Origin: Candidatus Levyibacteriota bacterium
GTDB taxonomy: Bacteria; Patescibacteriota; Microgenomatia; Levybacterales; UBA12049
Assembly (NCBI GenBank): GCA_016182205.1
Contig: JACOXW010000012.1
Span: 1-57,104, forward strand
DNA: 57,104 nt
Direction: 5' to 3'
In this document: positions 35,199-43,823 of the stretch, piece after piece
Numbering within the stretch: the first letter of the stretch is position 1
How the letters are laid out: the number at the start of each line of letters is the position of its first letter
Notes under the pieces: generated by a model
Told to the model about the DNA's origin: nothing
The model's database searches: none
Seen by the model: the letters and a program-made list of their open reading frames with translations, nothing else
Translations under genes and position numbers: made by a program

Positions 35199-35483
35199 TT
35201 ATGCTCCTACCTCAAATAAATCTATTTTCTGGCCTTGTTTTACCGCAACTATAGCTTTTTTCCAAGGACTCATTACTTCTTCCACTCTTTTCTTCCCGAC
35301 ACGATGCGTTCTTCCTTTTACAATAGATGTTTTTATACTGACTACATCAACACTAAACCTTTTAGCTACTACTGATTTAATCATAGATTTTGTCGCGCTT
35401 TTTAAAACTGCAAAAGTAAATTTACTATTCTTTGCATCTTGCAGGGATTTTTCAGTAATGACCGGCTTTATTTGAATATCCAT
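35199..35483 (-). CDS. rplW: 50S ribosomal protein L23
   Basis: IKPVITEKS...FTFAV...KKAIVAVKQGQKIDLF is the L23 pattern. Confidence 0.93.
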   Translation of the reverse strand: MDIQIKPVITEKSLQDAKNSKFTFAVLKSATKSMIKSVVAKRFSVDVVSIKTSIVKGRTHRVGKKRVEEVMSPWKKAIVAVKQGQKIDLFEVGA

Positions 35484-35486
35484 AGT

Positions 35487-36221
35487 TTATTTCGTCCCTT
35501 GGGAAAAGACACCTAATGTATCTTTCATAAAGAGTAAAACTGTATATCGTAACACTTCATAGGTATTTAATTGATTAACAGGTATAATCGATATTCCTGC
35601 TATATTTCGTGATGCACGAGTGATATTTTCTACTACCTCTTTTTTCTCGGTTGGTGAAGGAATAACAAGCAAAACCGTATCTTTTTTGCTATAAATTTTC
35701 AATTTCCTTAGTACATCCACCATTTCTTTTGTTTTGGGAGAAAGTTTTTCTAAGCCTGAAATAACTTTAATGCCATCATTTTGGACTCGAGTCGTTAATG
35801 CTGAAAAGAGTGCTTTTTGCTTCATTTTTTGGGGGAATTTGAGAGAGTAATCTCGGGGTTGTGGACCAAAAACAATACCTCCATGCACAAAAATAGGTGC
35901 CCTCACGGATCCATGCCTTGCTCTTCCTGTTCCTTTCTGGCGATAAATCTTTCTTGTTGATCCCTGTACTTCACCACGTGTTTTTGTTTTGACCGTACCT
36001 CGTCTTTGATTTGCCAAATAAACTCTTACTGCTTGCGTGATAAGTGTCTCATTTACCTTAGCACCAAATACCTCCTTTGAAACAGATATACTTTCAGAAA
36101 CGTTTCCTTTCGTATCAAAAACATCCAACATAATCCCATCGGTTTTCTTCACCGTTTTTTTAACAATCTCTTTCTTCTCTATCTTGGAAGAGGGAGTAAC
36201 TGATCGTTTCTTACTCGCCAT
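35487..36221 (-). CDS. rplD: 50S ribosomal protein L4 with a basic N-terminal extension
   Basis: [33 protein letters not shown] is the L4 signature. An extra N-terminal segment of about 30 aa is present. Confidence 0.93.
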   Translation of the reverse strand: MASKKRSVTPSSKIEKKEIVKKTVKKTDGIMLDVFDTKGNVSESISVSKEVFGAKVNETLITQAVRVYLANQRRGTVKTKTRGEVQGSTRKIYRQKGTGRARHGSVRAPIFVHGGIVFGPQPRDYSLKFPQKMKQKALFSALTTRVQNDGIKVISGLEKLSPKTKEMVDVLRKLKIYSKKDTVLLVIPSPTEKKEVVENITRASRNIAGISIIPVNQLNTYEVLRYTVLLFMKDTLGVFSQGTK

Positions 36222-36984
36222 TTTCCTCCTTCTTTGTATTTTCTTCTCCTGTTTTACTCATTGGTTCCGGCTCTTTCTCCACCTGTTCAACTATCTCTTT
36301 TTTCGTCTCTACCTCTACTGCGTTTTTTTCTTCTTCGTATAACGGAGTGAATTTCTTTCCTTCTCCGACTTTCTTAACCATAATAAGTGTATTTTTTCCT
36401 CCGGGGACAAGACCTTTTATAAAAAGCCCCGTATCGGTAACGGATACAACTTGCAGATTTTTTACAGTTACTCTTACTTCTCCCATATGTCCTGCCATAC
36501 GTTTTCCCTTATATACTCTCCCCGGAGTAGTAGTCTGACCAATAGATCCGGGTGCGCGCTCTCTGTCGGATTGCCCGTGAGTTCGAGGTCCGCCTTTAAA
36601 ATGATACCGTTTTACACCTCCGGCAAAGCCTTTTCCTTTTGAAATTCCAATGACATCTACCAGATCACCCGGCTTAAATACATCAGACGCTTTTACTACT
36701 TCTCCAAGCTTTGGCAAATCAGCATCTGAAGCTGTTTTTACTTCCCGCAAAAAACGAGGGGCATCCTGTATGTTTGCCCCTTTTATATGCCCAACTAATG
36801 CCTTGTGTGGATGCTTTTTAATACCAAAACCTAGCTGCACCGCGTTATATCCGTGCGTATCCATACTCCGCACTGCGATAATAGGATTTCCAGGCATCAC
36901 TATTTCTGTCACTGGAATCCTTCTACCGTCGGCTAAGAAACGTTGTGAATGTAATTTCTTTTGTCCTATTAAACTTTGTATCAT
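36211..36984 (-). CDS. rplC: 50S ribosomal protein L3 with a Glu/Lys-rich C-terminal extension
   Basis: GISKGKGFAGGVKRYHFKGGPRTHGQSDRERAPGSIG is the L3 signature. I prefer the ATG at 36984 (AAAGG upstream) over the GTG at 36996. Confidence 0.93.
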   Translation of the reverse strand: MIQSLIGQKKLHSQRFLADGRRIPVTEIVMPGNPIIAVRSMDTHGYNAVQLGFGIKKHPHKALVGHIKGANIQDAPRFLREVKTASDADLPKLGEVVKASDVFKPGDLVDVIGISKGKGFAGGVKRYHFKGGPRTHGQSDRERAPGSIGQTTTPGRVYKGKRMAGHMGEVRVTVKNLQVVSVTDTGLFIKGLVPGGKNTLIMVKKVGEGKKFTPLYEEEKNAVEVETKKEIVEQVEKEPEPMSKTGEENTKKEENGE

Positions 36985-37000
36985 ACCTTTAAGCACTGTA

Positions 37001-37032
37001 AAACAAAAAAGGCAGCCTAATTTTCGGCTACC
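37001..37032 (-). terminator. terminator-like hairpin plus U6 inside the rpsJ-rplC spacer
   Basis: On the minus strand, GGUAGCC-GAAAAUUA-GGCUGCC (37026-37032 / 37011-37017) is followed directly by UUUUUUGUUUU. Confidence 0.5.
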
Positions 37033-37152
37033 ATTGTATTAGATGACCTCAAATGAAGTCATTGTAAACCATTAATATTAGGCTATAATCCACCTCCTGT
37101 TTGTGCGCATTATTATACTATAATTGTGCATTAAATACAACCAAACAGCCTC

Positions 37153-37461
37153 TTACATCTTGATTTCAATATCAACCCCAGCTGGTAATTCAAGATGTGT
37201 CAAACTATCAATCGTTTTATCAGTCGGAGAAACAATATCAATAAGCCGCTTATGTACTCTTATTTCAAAGTGATCTCTATGATCTTTTTCTATAAAAGGC
37301 GATTTGTTAATCGCGTATAAACTTCTATCGGTGGGCAACGGAATTGGTCCTACGATCTTAGCGCCGGTTCGTATCGCCGTATCCAGTATTTGTTGACAAC
37401 AGCTGTCTATAACACGACTGTCATAACTTTTCAAACGTACTCGTATTCTTCCTTTTGGCAT
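37153..37461 (-). CDS. rpsJ: 30S ribosomal protein S10
   Basis: IRVRLKSYDSRVID...GPIPLPT...SPFIEKDHRDHFEIRVHKRLIDI is the S10 signature. Confidence 0.95.
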   Translation of the reverse strand: MPKGRIRVRLKSYDSRVIDSCCQQILDTAIRTGAKIVGPIPLPTDRSLYAINKSPFIEKDHRDHFEIRVHKRLIDIVSPTDKTIDSLTHLELPAGVDIEIKM

Positions 37462-37483
37462 AACGTTAATGTACTATCTGTGT

Positions 37484-37492
37484 ATTATAGCA
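37484..37492 (-). promoter_or_regulatory. extended -10 promoter (TGCTATAAT) upstream of rpsJ
   Basis: The reverse complement of ATTATAGCA, 22 nt before the rpsJ ATG and downstream of the tuf terminator. Confidence 0.5.
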
Positions 37493-37571
37493 AAAAATCT
37501 CAATTTATCCTATATACTATTACTGTCTCGGTAAAGACACCCAAAACACCGCCTAAGGCAGATTTTTAGAC

Positions 37572-37594
37572 AAAAAAAATGACCTTACGGTCAT
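37572..37594 (-). terminator. intrinsic terminator after tuf
   Basis: On the minus strand, AUGACC-GUAA-GGUCAU is followed by U7-8 (the A-run at 37572-37579 on the plus strand). Confidence 0.75.
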
Positions 37595-37614
37595 TTGCTA
37601 AGGTAAGTTAGCCC

Positions 37615-38802
37615 TTATGCAATAATCTTGGTGATGACGCCTGCTCCGACAGTTTTTCCACCTTCACGGATAGCAAAACGCAAACCTTCTTCCATAGCGA
37701 CGGGCACGATAAGCTTAACGGACATTTTTGTATTATCACCAGGCATGACCATTTCCACTCCTTGTGGAAGATTTACCTCTGCAGTTACATCTGTAGTTCT
37801 GATATAAAATTGTGGCCTGTATCCTGTAAAGAAAGGTGTATGACGACCACCTTCTTCTTTCGTAAGAATATATGCCTCTGCTTCAAATTCTTTGTGTGGA
37901 GTAATAGATCCTGGCTTTGCAATAACCTGGCCTCTTTCAATATCTGCTTTTTCTATACCACGAAGGAGCAATCCTACGTTATCTCCAGCTTGCCCTTCAT
38001 CCAGCTGTTTTCTAAACATTTCAACACCGGTTACAACTGATGCTTTGGTTGGACGGATACCAATGACTTCAACCGGCTCATTGACTTTCACTTTTCCTCT
38101 TTCAACTCTTCCCGTCACTACTGTTCCTCGCCCTTTGATAGAAAATACATCCTCAACAGGCATCAAAAATGGCTTATCGATATCTCTTTCTGGTGTAGGA
38201 ATGTATTCATCAACAGTATTCATGAGTTCCTCAATTTTTTTCTCGTATTCAGCGTCTCCTTCAAGAGCTTTTAGTGCTGATCCGCGAATAATTGGTGTCG
38301 TATCTCCTGGATATTGGTATTTGGTAAGAAGTTCTCTAACCTCCATCTCAACCAAATCCAACAGCTCCTGATCCTGTACCATATCGCATTTATTCAAGAA
38401 AACGACAATTGCCGGAACACCCACCTGTCTGGCAAGCAAAATATGTTCTCTTGTTTGTGGCATTGGTCCGTCTGGAGCTGAAACTACCAAAATAGCACCG
38501 TCCATTTGGGCGGCACCGGTAATCATGTTTTTTATGTAGTCTGCGTGTCCTGGAGCGTCAATGTGTGCATAGTGGCGCTTTTCTGTTTCATATTCAAGAT
38601 GGGTAATGTTGATGGTGACGCCTCTGGCCTTTTCTTCCGGGGCATTATCGATATCTTCATACTTTTTGGCTTCTGCCATGCCTTTTTTGGAGAGCACCGT
38701 TGCGATTGCAGCAGAAAGTGTGGTCTTTCCATGGTCAACATGACCAATTGTACCAATGTTTACGTGTGGTTTTGTTCTCTCAAATTTCTTTGCGTCTGCC
38801 AT
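37615..38802 (-). CDS. tuf: elongation factor Tu
   Basis: [21 protein letters not shown] and the rest of the sequence are canonical EF-Tu. Confidence 0.98.
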   Translation of the reverse strand: MADAKKFERTKPHVNIGTIGHVDHGKTTLSAAIATVLSKKGMAEAKKYEDIDNAPEEKARGVTINITHLEYETEKRHYAHIDAPGHADYIKNMITGAAQMDGAILVVSAPDGPMPQTREHILLARQVGVPAIVVFLNKCDMVQDQELLDLVEMEVRELLTKYQYPGDTTPIIRGSALKALEGDAEYEKKIEELMNTVDEYIPTPERDIDKPFLMPVEDVFSIKGRGTVVTGRVERGKVKVNEPVEVIGIRPTKASVVTGVEMFRKQLDEGQAGDNVGLLLRGIEKADIERGQVIAKPGSITPHKEFEAEAYILTKEEGGRHTPFFTGYRPQFYIRTTDVTAEVNLPQGVEMVMPGDNTKMSVKLIVPVAMEEGLRFAIREGGKTVGAGVITKIIA

Positions 38803-38810
38803 AGTTAGTC

Positions 38811-38837
38811 AAAAAATAAAAACCCGCTGATCAGGTT
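38811..38837 (-). promoter_or_regulatory. hairpin plus U-tract inside the tuf 5' leader (attenuator-like)
   Basis: On the minus strand, AACCU-GAUCAGC-GGGUU is followed by UUUAUUUUUU. It lies between the promoter at 38845-38874 and the tuf ATG at 38802. Confidence 0.45.
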
Positions 38838-38844
38838 CAAATGT

Positions 38845-38874
38845 ATGATACCACACTATTTTTGTACTCGTCAA
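38845..38874 (-). promoter_or_regulatory. tuf promoter TTGACG-N18-TATCAT with TGg extended -10
   Basis: Reverse complement of CGTCAA (38869-38874) and ATGATA+CCA (38845-38853). Confidence 0.55.
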
Positions 38875-38895
38875 GGGGTATTTTAGAATTTTCGT

Positions 38896-38923
38896 TTGAA
38901 TTAAAAAATAATACTGTTACAAT
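38896..38923 (+). promoter_or_regulatory. promoter TTGAAT-N16-TACAAT (TGt extended -10), 7 nt before the ATG at 38931
   Basis: Read directly from the sequence. There is no SD before the ATG. Confidence 0.5.
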
Positions 38924-38930
38924 AGGACGT

Positions 38931-39578
38931 ATGAGGCTGTTTAATGGTATGACAAAAAATAATACTGCGTTAATTGTGATAGACATAATAAATTCTTGTG
39001 TGCATGAGAAATGCGAAATACCTGAGTGGAATATTCACTTTCAAACGATTCGGACAATGGTACCAAAACTTGTTACATTTATAGATGACTACAGGAAATA
39101 CATAAATAGCAATGTTATTTTAACAACGACTGTACCTTGGAGAAAAGAATTTCTTCCAGATAATTTGAACGAACTATACAAAGATCCAAAAGCGTATTAT
39201 TATTCAAAAGATACGACCGGATTTGCGGAAGAATTTTATCTGGTGAAACCTCAACCAACAGATAAAGTAATCGCAAAAAGTAGTTATGATGCATTCTCAC
39301 AGACTGATTTAGATGAGTATTTACAAAAACGAAATATCAAATATCTTATTGTTACTGGCGTTTTCACTGATGGTTGCGTCATGGCAACGATTATCAATGG
39401 TTTCGCCAAAGGATATAATTTCGTTGTCCTCAAGGATCTGATTGAGACTACAGATGATCCAGAAAGAAAAGAGATTCAGAAGTATTTTATCAACCGAACA
39501 TTTCCGATCATGTACGGAAGGACACTTACCAGCAGTGATTTTTTGCAGATGTGGCAAAATAAATTGAATAATTATTAA
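38931..39578 (+). CDS. isochorismatase-family cysteine hydrolase (nicotinamidase-like)
   Basis: ALIVIDIINSC and VTGVFTDGCVMATIINGFAKGY contain the catalytic Cys motif. The start is trimmed to the ATG adjacent to the promoter. Confidence 0.75.
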   Translation: MRLFNGMTKNNTALIVIDIINSCVHEKCEIPEWNIHFQTIRTMVPKLVTFIDDYRKYINSNVILTTTVPWRKEFLPDNLNELYKDPKAYYYSKDTTGFAEEFYLVKPQPTDKVIAKSSYDAFSQTDLDEYLQKRNIKYLIVTGVFTDGCVMATIINGFAKGYNFVVLKDLIETTDDPERKEIQKYFINRTFPIMYGRTLTSSDFLQMWQNKLNNY

Positions 39579-39718
39579 CGCTTCGAGGATTTTCGGGATG
39601 GTTTTTTTGATCTTCCTGCTCGATCAAGATAAATCACAATCGCTGCACCAACAACCATAACCATATTGGCAATTGTTGCGACATCAAGACCCGTTTTTAG
39701 CTGTTCAATAATTGTCAT
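39575..39718 (-). CDS. small membrane protein (47 aa), one TM helix with a basic C-terminal tail
   Basis: MTIIEQLKTGLDVATIANMVMVVGAAIVIYL...RSKKPSRKSSKR. It overlaps the upstream small ORF by 14 nt. This is a hypothetical call. Confidence 0.4.
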   Translation of the reverse strand: MTIIEQLKTGLDVATIANMVMVVGAAIVIYLDRAGRSKKPSRKSSKR

Positions 39719-39911
39719 ACGCATCCTCCAAGAAATGAAGCGAGATATATAAAGCAAAACCCATACTAACAAGATATTTTATTTGTGTCAAGAAATCATA
39801 TGGCGTTAATACGTAGGGAAGCGTAAATGCAGCCGTAAGCCATCCTACCGCCACATTTCTGAAGAAATCAGACATTGCTTCTTTTTGTTTTTTATTCCAA
39901 CTTAGCTTCAT
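39705..39911 (-). CDS. small membrane protein (68 aa), two predicted TM helices
   Basis: MKLSWNKKQKEAMSDFFRNVAVGWLTAAFTLPYVL...YLVSMGFALYISLHFL. This is a hypothetical call. Confidence 0.4.
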   Translation of the reverse strand: MKLSWNKKQKEAMSDFFRNVAVGWLTAAFTLPYVLTPYDFLTQIKYLVSMGFALYISLHFLEDAYDNY

Positions 39912-39933
39912 AGCCGTATTTATACCACACATC

Positions 39934-39942
39934 TGCTATAAT
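39934..39942 (+). promoter_or_regulatory. extended -10 promoter (TGCTATAAT), 7 nt before the nadD ATG at 39950
   Basis: Read directly from the sequence. The ORF-track ATG at 39941 lies inside the -10 hexamer. Confidence 0.5.
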
Positions 39943-39949
39943 GTCAGCC

Positions 39950-40552
39950 ATGCGTATCGCTATTTTGGGCGGCAGCTTTGATCCACCACACATCGGGCAT
40001 TTATTGGTTGCAGGACAAGTAAAAAAACATTTGAATGTCGACCAAATATGGCTTATGCCAGTATTTGACCATCCTTTCCATAAAGTCATGGCAAGTCCAA
40101 AAGACAGGCTCGCCATGACAAAATTCCTAGAAGGCCCGGGGATTCTGGTCTCAGATTTTGAAATAAATCAAGCTAAAACAAGTTTTACTATTGACACGCT
40201 GGACGAATTAAAAAAACAATATCCTGATAATAGCTTCTTTTGGATAATAGGTTCTGACCAGGTAAAGGATTTTCGAAAATGGAAAGAGTGGAAAAGAATT
40301 ATCACTGATTTCAAACTAATCATCTATGCACGGGGAGATGACGTCTTTACCCTTGAGGAGAAGGCAAAAAAATATTTGCGGTTACAGATGTTACCAAAAA
40401 CAATCTTTCTTTTAAATACAAAAGACTTGCTAATTTCAGATGTATCTTCTACAGAAATACGAGAACGGATAAAAAACGGACATCCCATTCATAATATGGT
40501 ATCAAGACGGATAAACGAATATATCCTACAAAAAAAATTGTATACTAAATAA
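39950..40552 (+). CDS. nadD: nicotinate-nucleotide adenylyltransferase
   Basis: MRIAILGGSFDPPHIGH and the SSTEIR motif. Confidence 0.9.
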   Translation: MRIAILGGSFDPPHIGHLLVAGQVKKHLNVDQIWLMPVFDHPFHKVMASPKDRLAMTKFLEGPGILVSDFEINQAKTSFTIDTLDELKKQYPDNSFFWIIGSDQVKDFRKWKEWKRIITDFKLIIYARGDDVFTLEEKAKKYLRLQMLPKTIFLLNTKDLLISDVSSTEIRERIKNGHPIHNMVSRRINEYILQKKLYTK

Positions 40553-40553
40553 C

Positions 40554-41324
40554 ATGAATATACTCAAAATACAACCTAATATAGAAACGAAAAAAATTGT
40601 CACCTTTATGCAAAAAACTCTAAAACGAGAGAATATCCGGCATGTCGTAATTGGAGTATCGGGTGGTATCGACTCTACCACAAGTCTTTTTCTTTTAGCC
40701 AACGCTTTTCCCAAAGAACATATTTTCCCAGTACATCTTTATTTTTTTGCCCCACAGAAAAAAACAATTGAGATGATTACTAAAAAAGCAGGCATACCAA
40801 AAGAAAATCTTACTTTCCTTTCTATCAAAAACCCGGTACATACTTTTCAACTGTCACTACATGTCTCAATTGAAGAAAAAATACGCTTAGGAAATATCAT
40901 GGCGCGAACTCGTATGATTATGCTCTACGATCTGGCAAAAAAATACCGGGCTTTAGTGTGTGGGACTGAAAATAAATCTGAATATTTCCTGGGATACTTT
41001 ACGCGATTTGGCGATGAAGCTTCTGATATCGAACCACTTAGACATCTTTATAAAGCCCAGGTTTACCAGCTTGCAAAATTTCTTAATGTTCCAAAAGAAA
41101 TAATTACTCAGGAACCATCAGCAGGACTATGGCATGGACAGACAGATGAAGAGGAATTTGGGTTTTCCTACAAAGACGCGGACCAAGTATTGTATCTATA
41201 TTTCGAAAAAAACAAATCAGTTGATGAAATTGGAAAAATGGGATTTGAAAATGCAGAAAAAATTATCGACTGGACAAAACTTGTCGACTTCAAACATCAC
41301 ACACCATATATCCTTTCATCCTAG
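40554..41324 (+). CDS. nadE: NH3-dependent NAD+ synthetase
   Basis: The PP-loop is VIGVSGGIDSTT. GTENKSEYFLGYFTRFGDEASD is also present. Confidence 0.9.
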   Translation: MNILKIQPNIETKKIVTFMQKTLKRENIRHVVIGVSGGIDSTTSLFLLANAFPKEHIFPVHLYFFAPQKKTIEMITKKAGIPKENLTFLSIKNPVHTFQLSLHVSIEEKIRLGNIMARTRMIMLYDLAKKYRALVCGTENKSEYFLGYFTRFGDEASDIEPLRHLYKAQVYQLAKFLNVPKEIITQEPSAGLWHGQTDEEEFGFSYKDADQVLYLYFEKNKSVDEIGKMGFENAEKIIDWTKLVDFKHHTPYILSS

Positions 41325-42421
41325 AAGAATGAATATGCCCAGTACCCTATAGAGACAATACCTTTTTTCTTCGCATATTCTCTCTTTTTTAAAACTGATT
41401 TTTCGTCTTCAAACCAAACAATGTGCCGTATTCCTATGGCATCTTGGAACATAACTTTATTTTCTGCAGAAACTGAATCGTAAGATAGTGAGCAAGACTT
41501 TTCTTTGCATGCATCGACAAACTGCTGCTTTGCTTCTTTCAGACTTAACGCAACACCATTACCTGTTGACTGGTGTCTTTCATCTACCGGCCAGTTGTAC
41601 CCAAACATACCAAAAATTACGGACAATTTATGTGAAGGAACAACCTGCGAAAAATCTTTTATCATCGTTTGGAAATCATATCCGTAAGTATTTTTTCCGC
41701 TGAAAGGAAAATTCGGACCTGGATTTCCCCTGGATTTGTGAAAATCATATGCCATTATATAGACCGTATCTGCAGTTTGCCCGATTTTTTCAACATCATA
41801 CGGACGAACCCTGAAAAATGTATCCCCAAATACTGTTGCAGAAAAAGAAAGATTTTGCCTTCGTGATGCCTTCTCAAAGCGCTGATAAAAATGTGTAATC
41901 CCTTTTATAACAGATTCAAATGATAATGCTGAAAGTTCATAATCCAAAACAATACCGCTAAAATGATACTGTTTCGCTGTTGCTATAGATCCTTGAATAA
42001 TCTTTTCTTGTAACTCTGTCTTCTCCAGTAATCTTGAATTCAATTTTGAATTAATCATCCGAACCACAAGTAGCTTTTTGCCGACAGAGGGAATATTCTG
42101 CATGAATTGTGATAGTTTTCTATACCCATCTTCTGTTTTATCAATTCCCTCCTCATTTACCGCAATACCAAAATATATCTGTTCATCGAAATCCTCAACA
42201 TAAAGAGGAGAATTTCCTACGCTCCAGTATGGAATAAAAATACTTTCTTTCTCTTGTCCTTTTTGCGCAAGAGAAGTAATTGTAGGCGAACTTATATTTT
42301 TTTCACCAGACAATGGAGAAAGAAATACTGATTTTGAGGTGGTAGATTTATACACAGCACCAACTACTAAAGCCACGAAAAAGCAAACCAGTACAATCTT
42401 TTTCACTGTTGTATTATACAA
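41321..42421 (-). CDS. membrane-anchored glycoside hydrolase family 18-like protein
   Basis: There is an N-terminal TM helix. FSGIVLDYE resembles the GH18 DxxDxDxE catalytic motif, and YIMAYDFH is present. Confidence 0.65.
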   Translation of the reverse strand: MYNTTVKKIVLVCFFVALVVGAVYKSTTSKSVFLSPLSGEKNISSPTITSLAQKGQEKESIFIPYWSVGNSPLYVEDFDEQIYFGIAVNEEGIDKTEDGYRKLSQFMQNIPSVGKKLLVVRMINSKLNSRLLEKTELQEKIIQGSIATAKQYHFSGIVLDYELSALSFESVIKGITHFYQRFEKASRRQNLSFSATVFGDTFFRVRPYDVEKIGQTADTVYIMAYDFHKSRGNPGPNFPFSGKNTYGYDFQTMIKDFSQVVPSHKLSVIFGMFGYNWPVDERHQSTGNGVALSLKEAKQQFVDACKEKSCSLSYDSVSAENKVMFQDAIGIRHIVWFEDEKSVLKKREYAKKKGIVSIGYWAYSFF

Positions 42422-42446
42422 TAGATGGTTATAGGTACTACGAAAA

Positions 42447-43109
42447 TCATTTTTTAGATATGAGAAAGTAATCTTCTTTTGGGTGGCCCTTATGAAGACT
42501 TAGAATCCGTTCAACGTCATGCATTTGTGAAGCATGTTGATACATAGCCTGTACTTTGATCTCCCATACATCAGAAATATCCACAACTTTATCTACCTCA
42601 GACCTACTATAACCTTTTGGGAAGTAAATAAAGTAGTTTTTCATTTGTTCTGCTATATAATCCTTTCCTGTGTGATGCCATACCTCCTTGATAAAATGCA
42701 ATTTTTGAAAGATGTACATGGTTACCATAGAAACAGTAATATGATCTATGTGACCGGATACACCATTTTGTGTAAATGTCATAATGGCTTCCGGCCTTAG
42801 TTTTTCCAAATAAACTTCTATACGATCAGCAATCTTATGATAAAGATTGTTTGAGAGTGTTCCGTCCCGAAAACCCAAGAAAAATACTTTCTTTACCCCT
42901 AGGATTTTCGCCGAAAGTTTTAGCTCGTTTGAGCGTATTTTAGATAAAGTTTCTGAACTTCTTGAACTGTTTTGTCCCTTTTGGCCACGAGTTGCACAAA
43001 GAATATATACATCAAATTCCTTTGTAAGTTTTGCAATTGTTCCACCTGGACCAAAAGCTTCGTCGTCAGGGTGAGCGAAGATACATACAAAGCTCTTTTT
43101 CTTTTTCAT
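42447..43109 (-). CDS. PIG-L/LmbE-family deacetylase
   Basis: IFAHPDDEAFGPGGTIAK and the HIDH motif. The start is trimmed to MKKKKSF. Confidence 0.85.
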   Translation of the reverse strand: MKKKKSFVCIFAHPDDEAFGPGGTIAKLTKEFDVYILCATRGQKGQNSSRSSETLSKIRSNELKLSAKILGVKKVFFLGFRDGTLSNNLYHKIADRIEVYLEKLRPEAIMTFTQNGVSGHIDHITVSMVTMYIFQKLHFIKEVWHHTGKDYIAEQMKNYFIYFPKGYSRSEVDKVVDISDVWEIKVQAMYQHASQMHDVERILSLHKGHPKEDYFLISKK

Positions 43110-43320
43110 ACCGGTATTATAGCAAAACTCTGTCCAAACTTTGTCCAAATGTTGTGCAGGAAATATCAAGCAGATATGAAAAAAAGAAATTACAATCTAA
43201 AAACAAAATATGCATCTTGAAATTTACAACAAAGGACTGCCGCCTTAGGAAAAGCAACTACAACAGGGAAATACATACCAAAAGAAGGCATGACGGAATC
43301 ATTGCTTTCTTTTTGGTTTT

Positions 43321-43749
43321 TTATTCCTCAACCGATAAGATCCGGATTCTCCATGGTGGATAGCTTGATAAGGTAGCAATCGCAGGACCTTTTGGACCAA
43401 TACCTCGAAGTGAGAAACTATCTTCTTTGAGAAAAAGAATCTCAGGTACTACTTCCTGCAGTACACGTCTTGTAACTGCGTTGTGTTCAACCAGAACTTT
43501 TCTCTCATCTGGTAGAAAAATAAGTGAAGGTGGAAAAATAATTATCTCAAGATAGGGTGTTCTCAACGTTTCTGCTTCTTCCCTTGACCAGGAAACTGAA
43601 AAGCCTATGGGATTTCTTTTTTTATCTTTGTAAACAGCCCGTGCACCACCAAGTATGTGTTCGGCAATCGAGATTATCTCTTCCCAAGCAGGATCATGAC
43701 TGACTTCTGAATTATCACCTAAAAAGGGTCGTTCTTGAGGAGAAACCAT
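43321..43749 (-). CDS. hypothetical protein (142 aa)
   Basis: It is an ORF with no recognisable motif, positioned directly downstream of fusA. Confidence 0.5.
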   Translation of the reverse strand: MVSPQERPFLGDNSEVSHDPAWEEIISIAEHILGGARAVYKDKKRNPIGFSVSWSREEAETLRTPYLEIIIFPPSLIFLPDERKVLVEHNAVTRRVLQEVVPEILFLKEDSFSLRGIGPKGPAIATLSSYPPWRIRILSVEE

Positions 43750-43823
43750 TGTCAGGATTATACCACGGTAGAAAAAATTATAAGTATACGAAAAAAGCGG
43801 GGTAATCTTAAGAATGTTTATTA

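Noticed and set aside
37892-38371. A 159-aa plus-strand ORF.
   Set aside because: It is antisense to tuf and is a shadow ORF within a highly conserved gene.
38841-38930. The upstream 30 codons of the ORF-track isochorismatase CDS (start at 38841).
   Set aside because: This stretch contains the divergent tuf promoter and the gene's own TTGAAT-N16-TACAAT promoter. The ATG at 38931 sits 7 nt after the -10 box and gives a normal family N-terminus.
39892-40116. A 74-aa minus-strand ORF.
   Set aside because: It is antisense to the conserved N-terminus of nadD (GGSFDPPHIGH) and overlaps the better-supported small membrane ORF in another frame.
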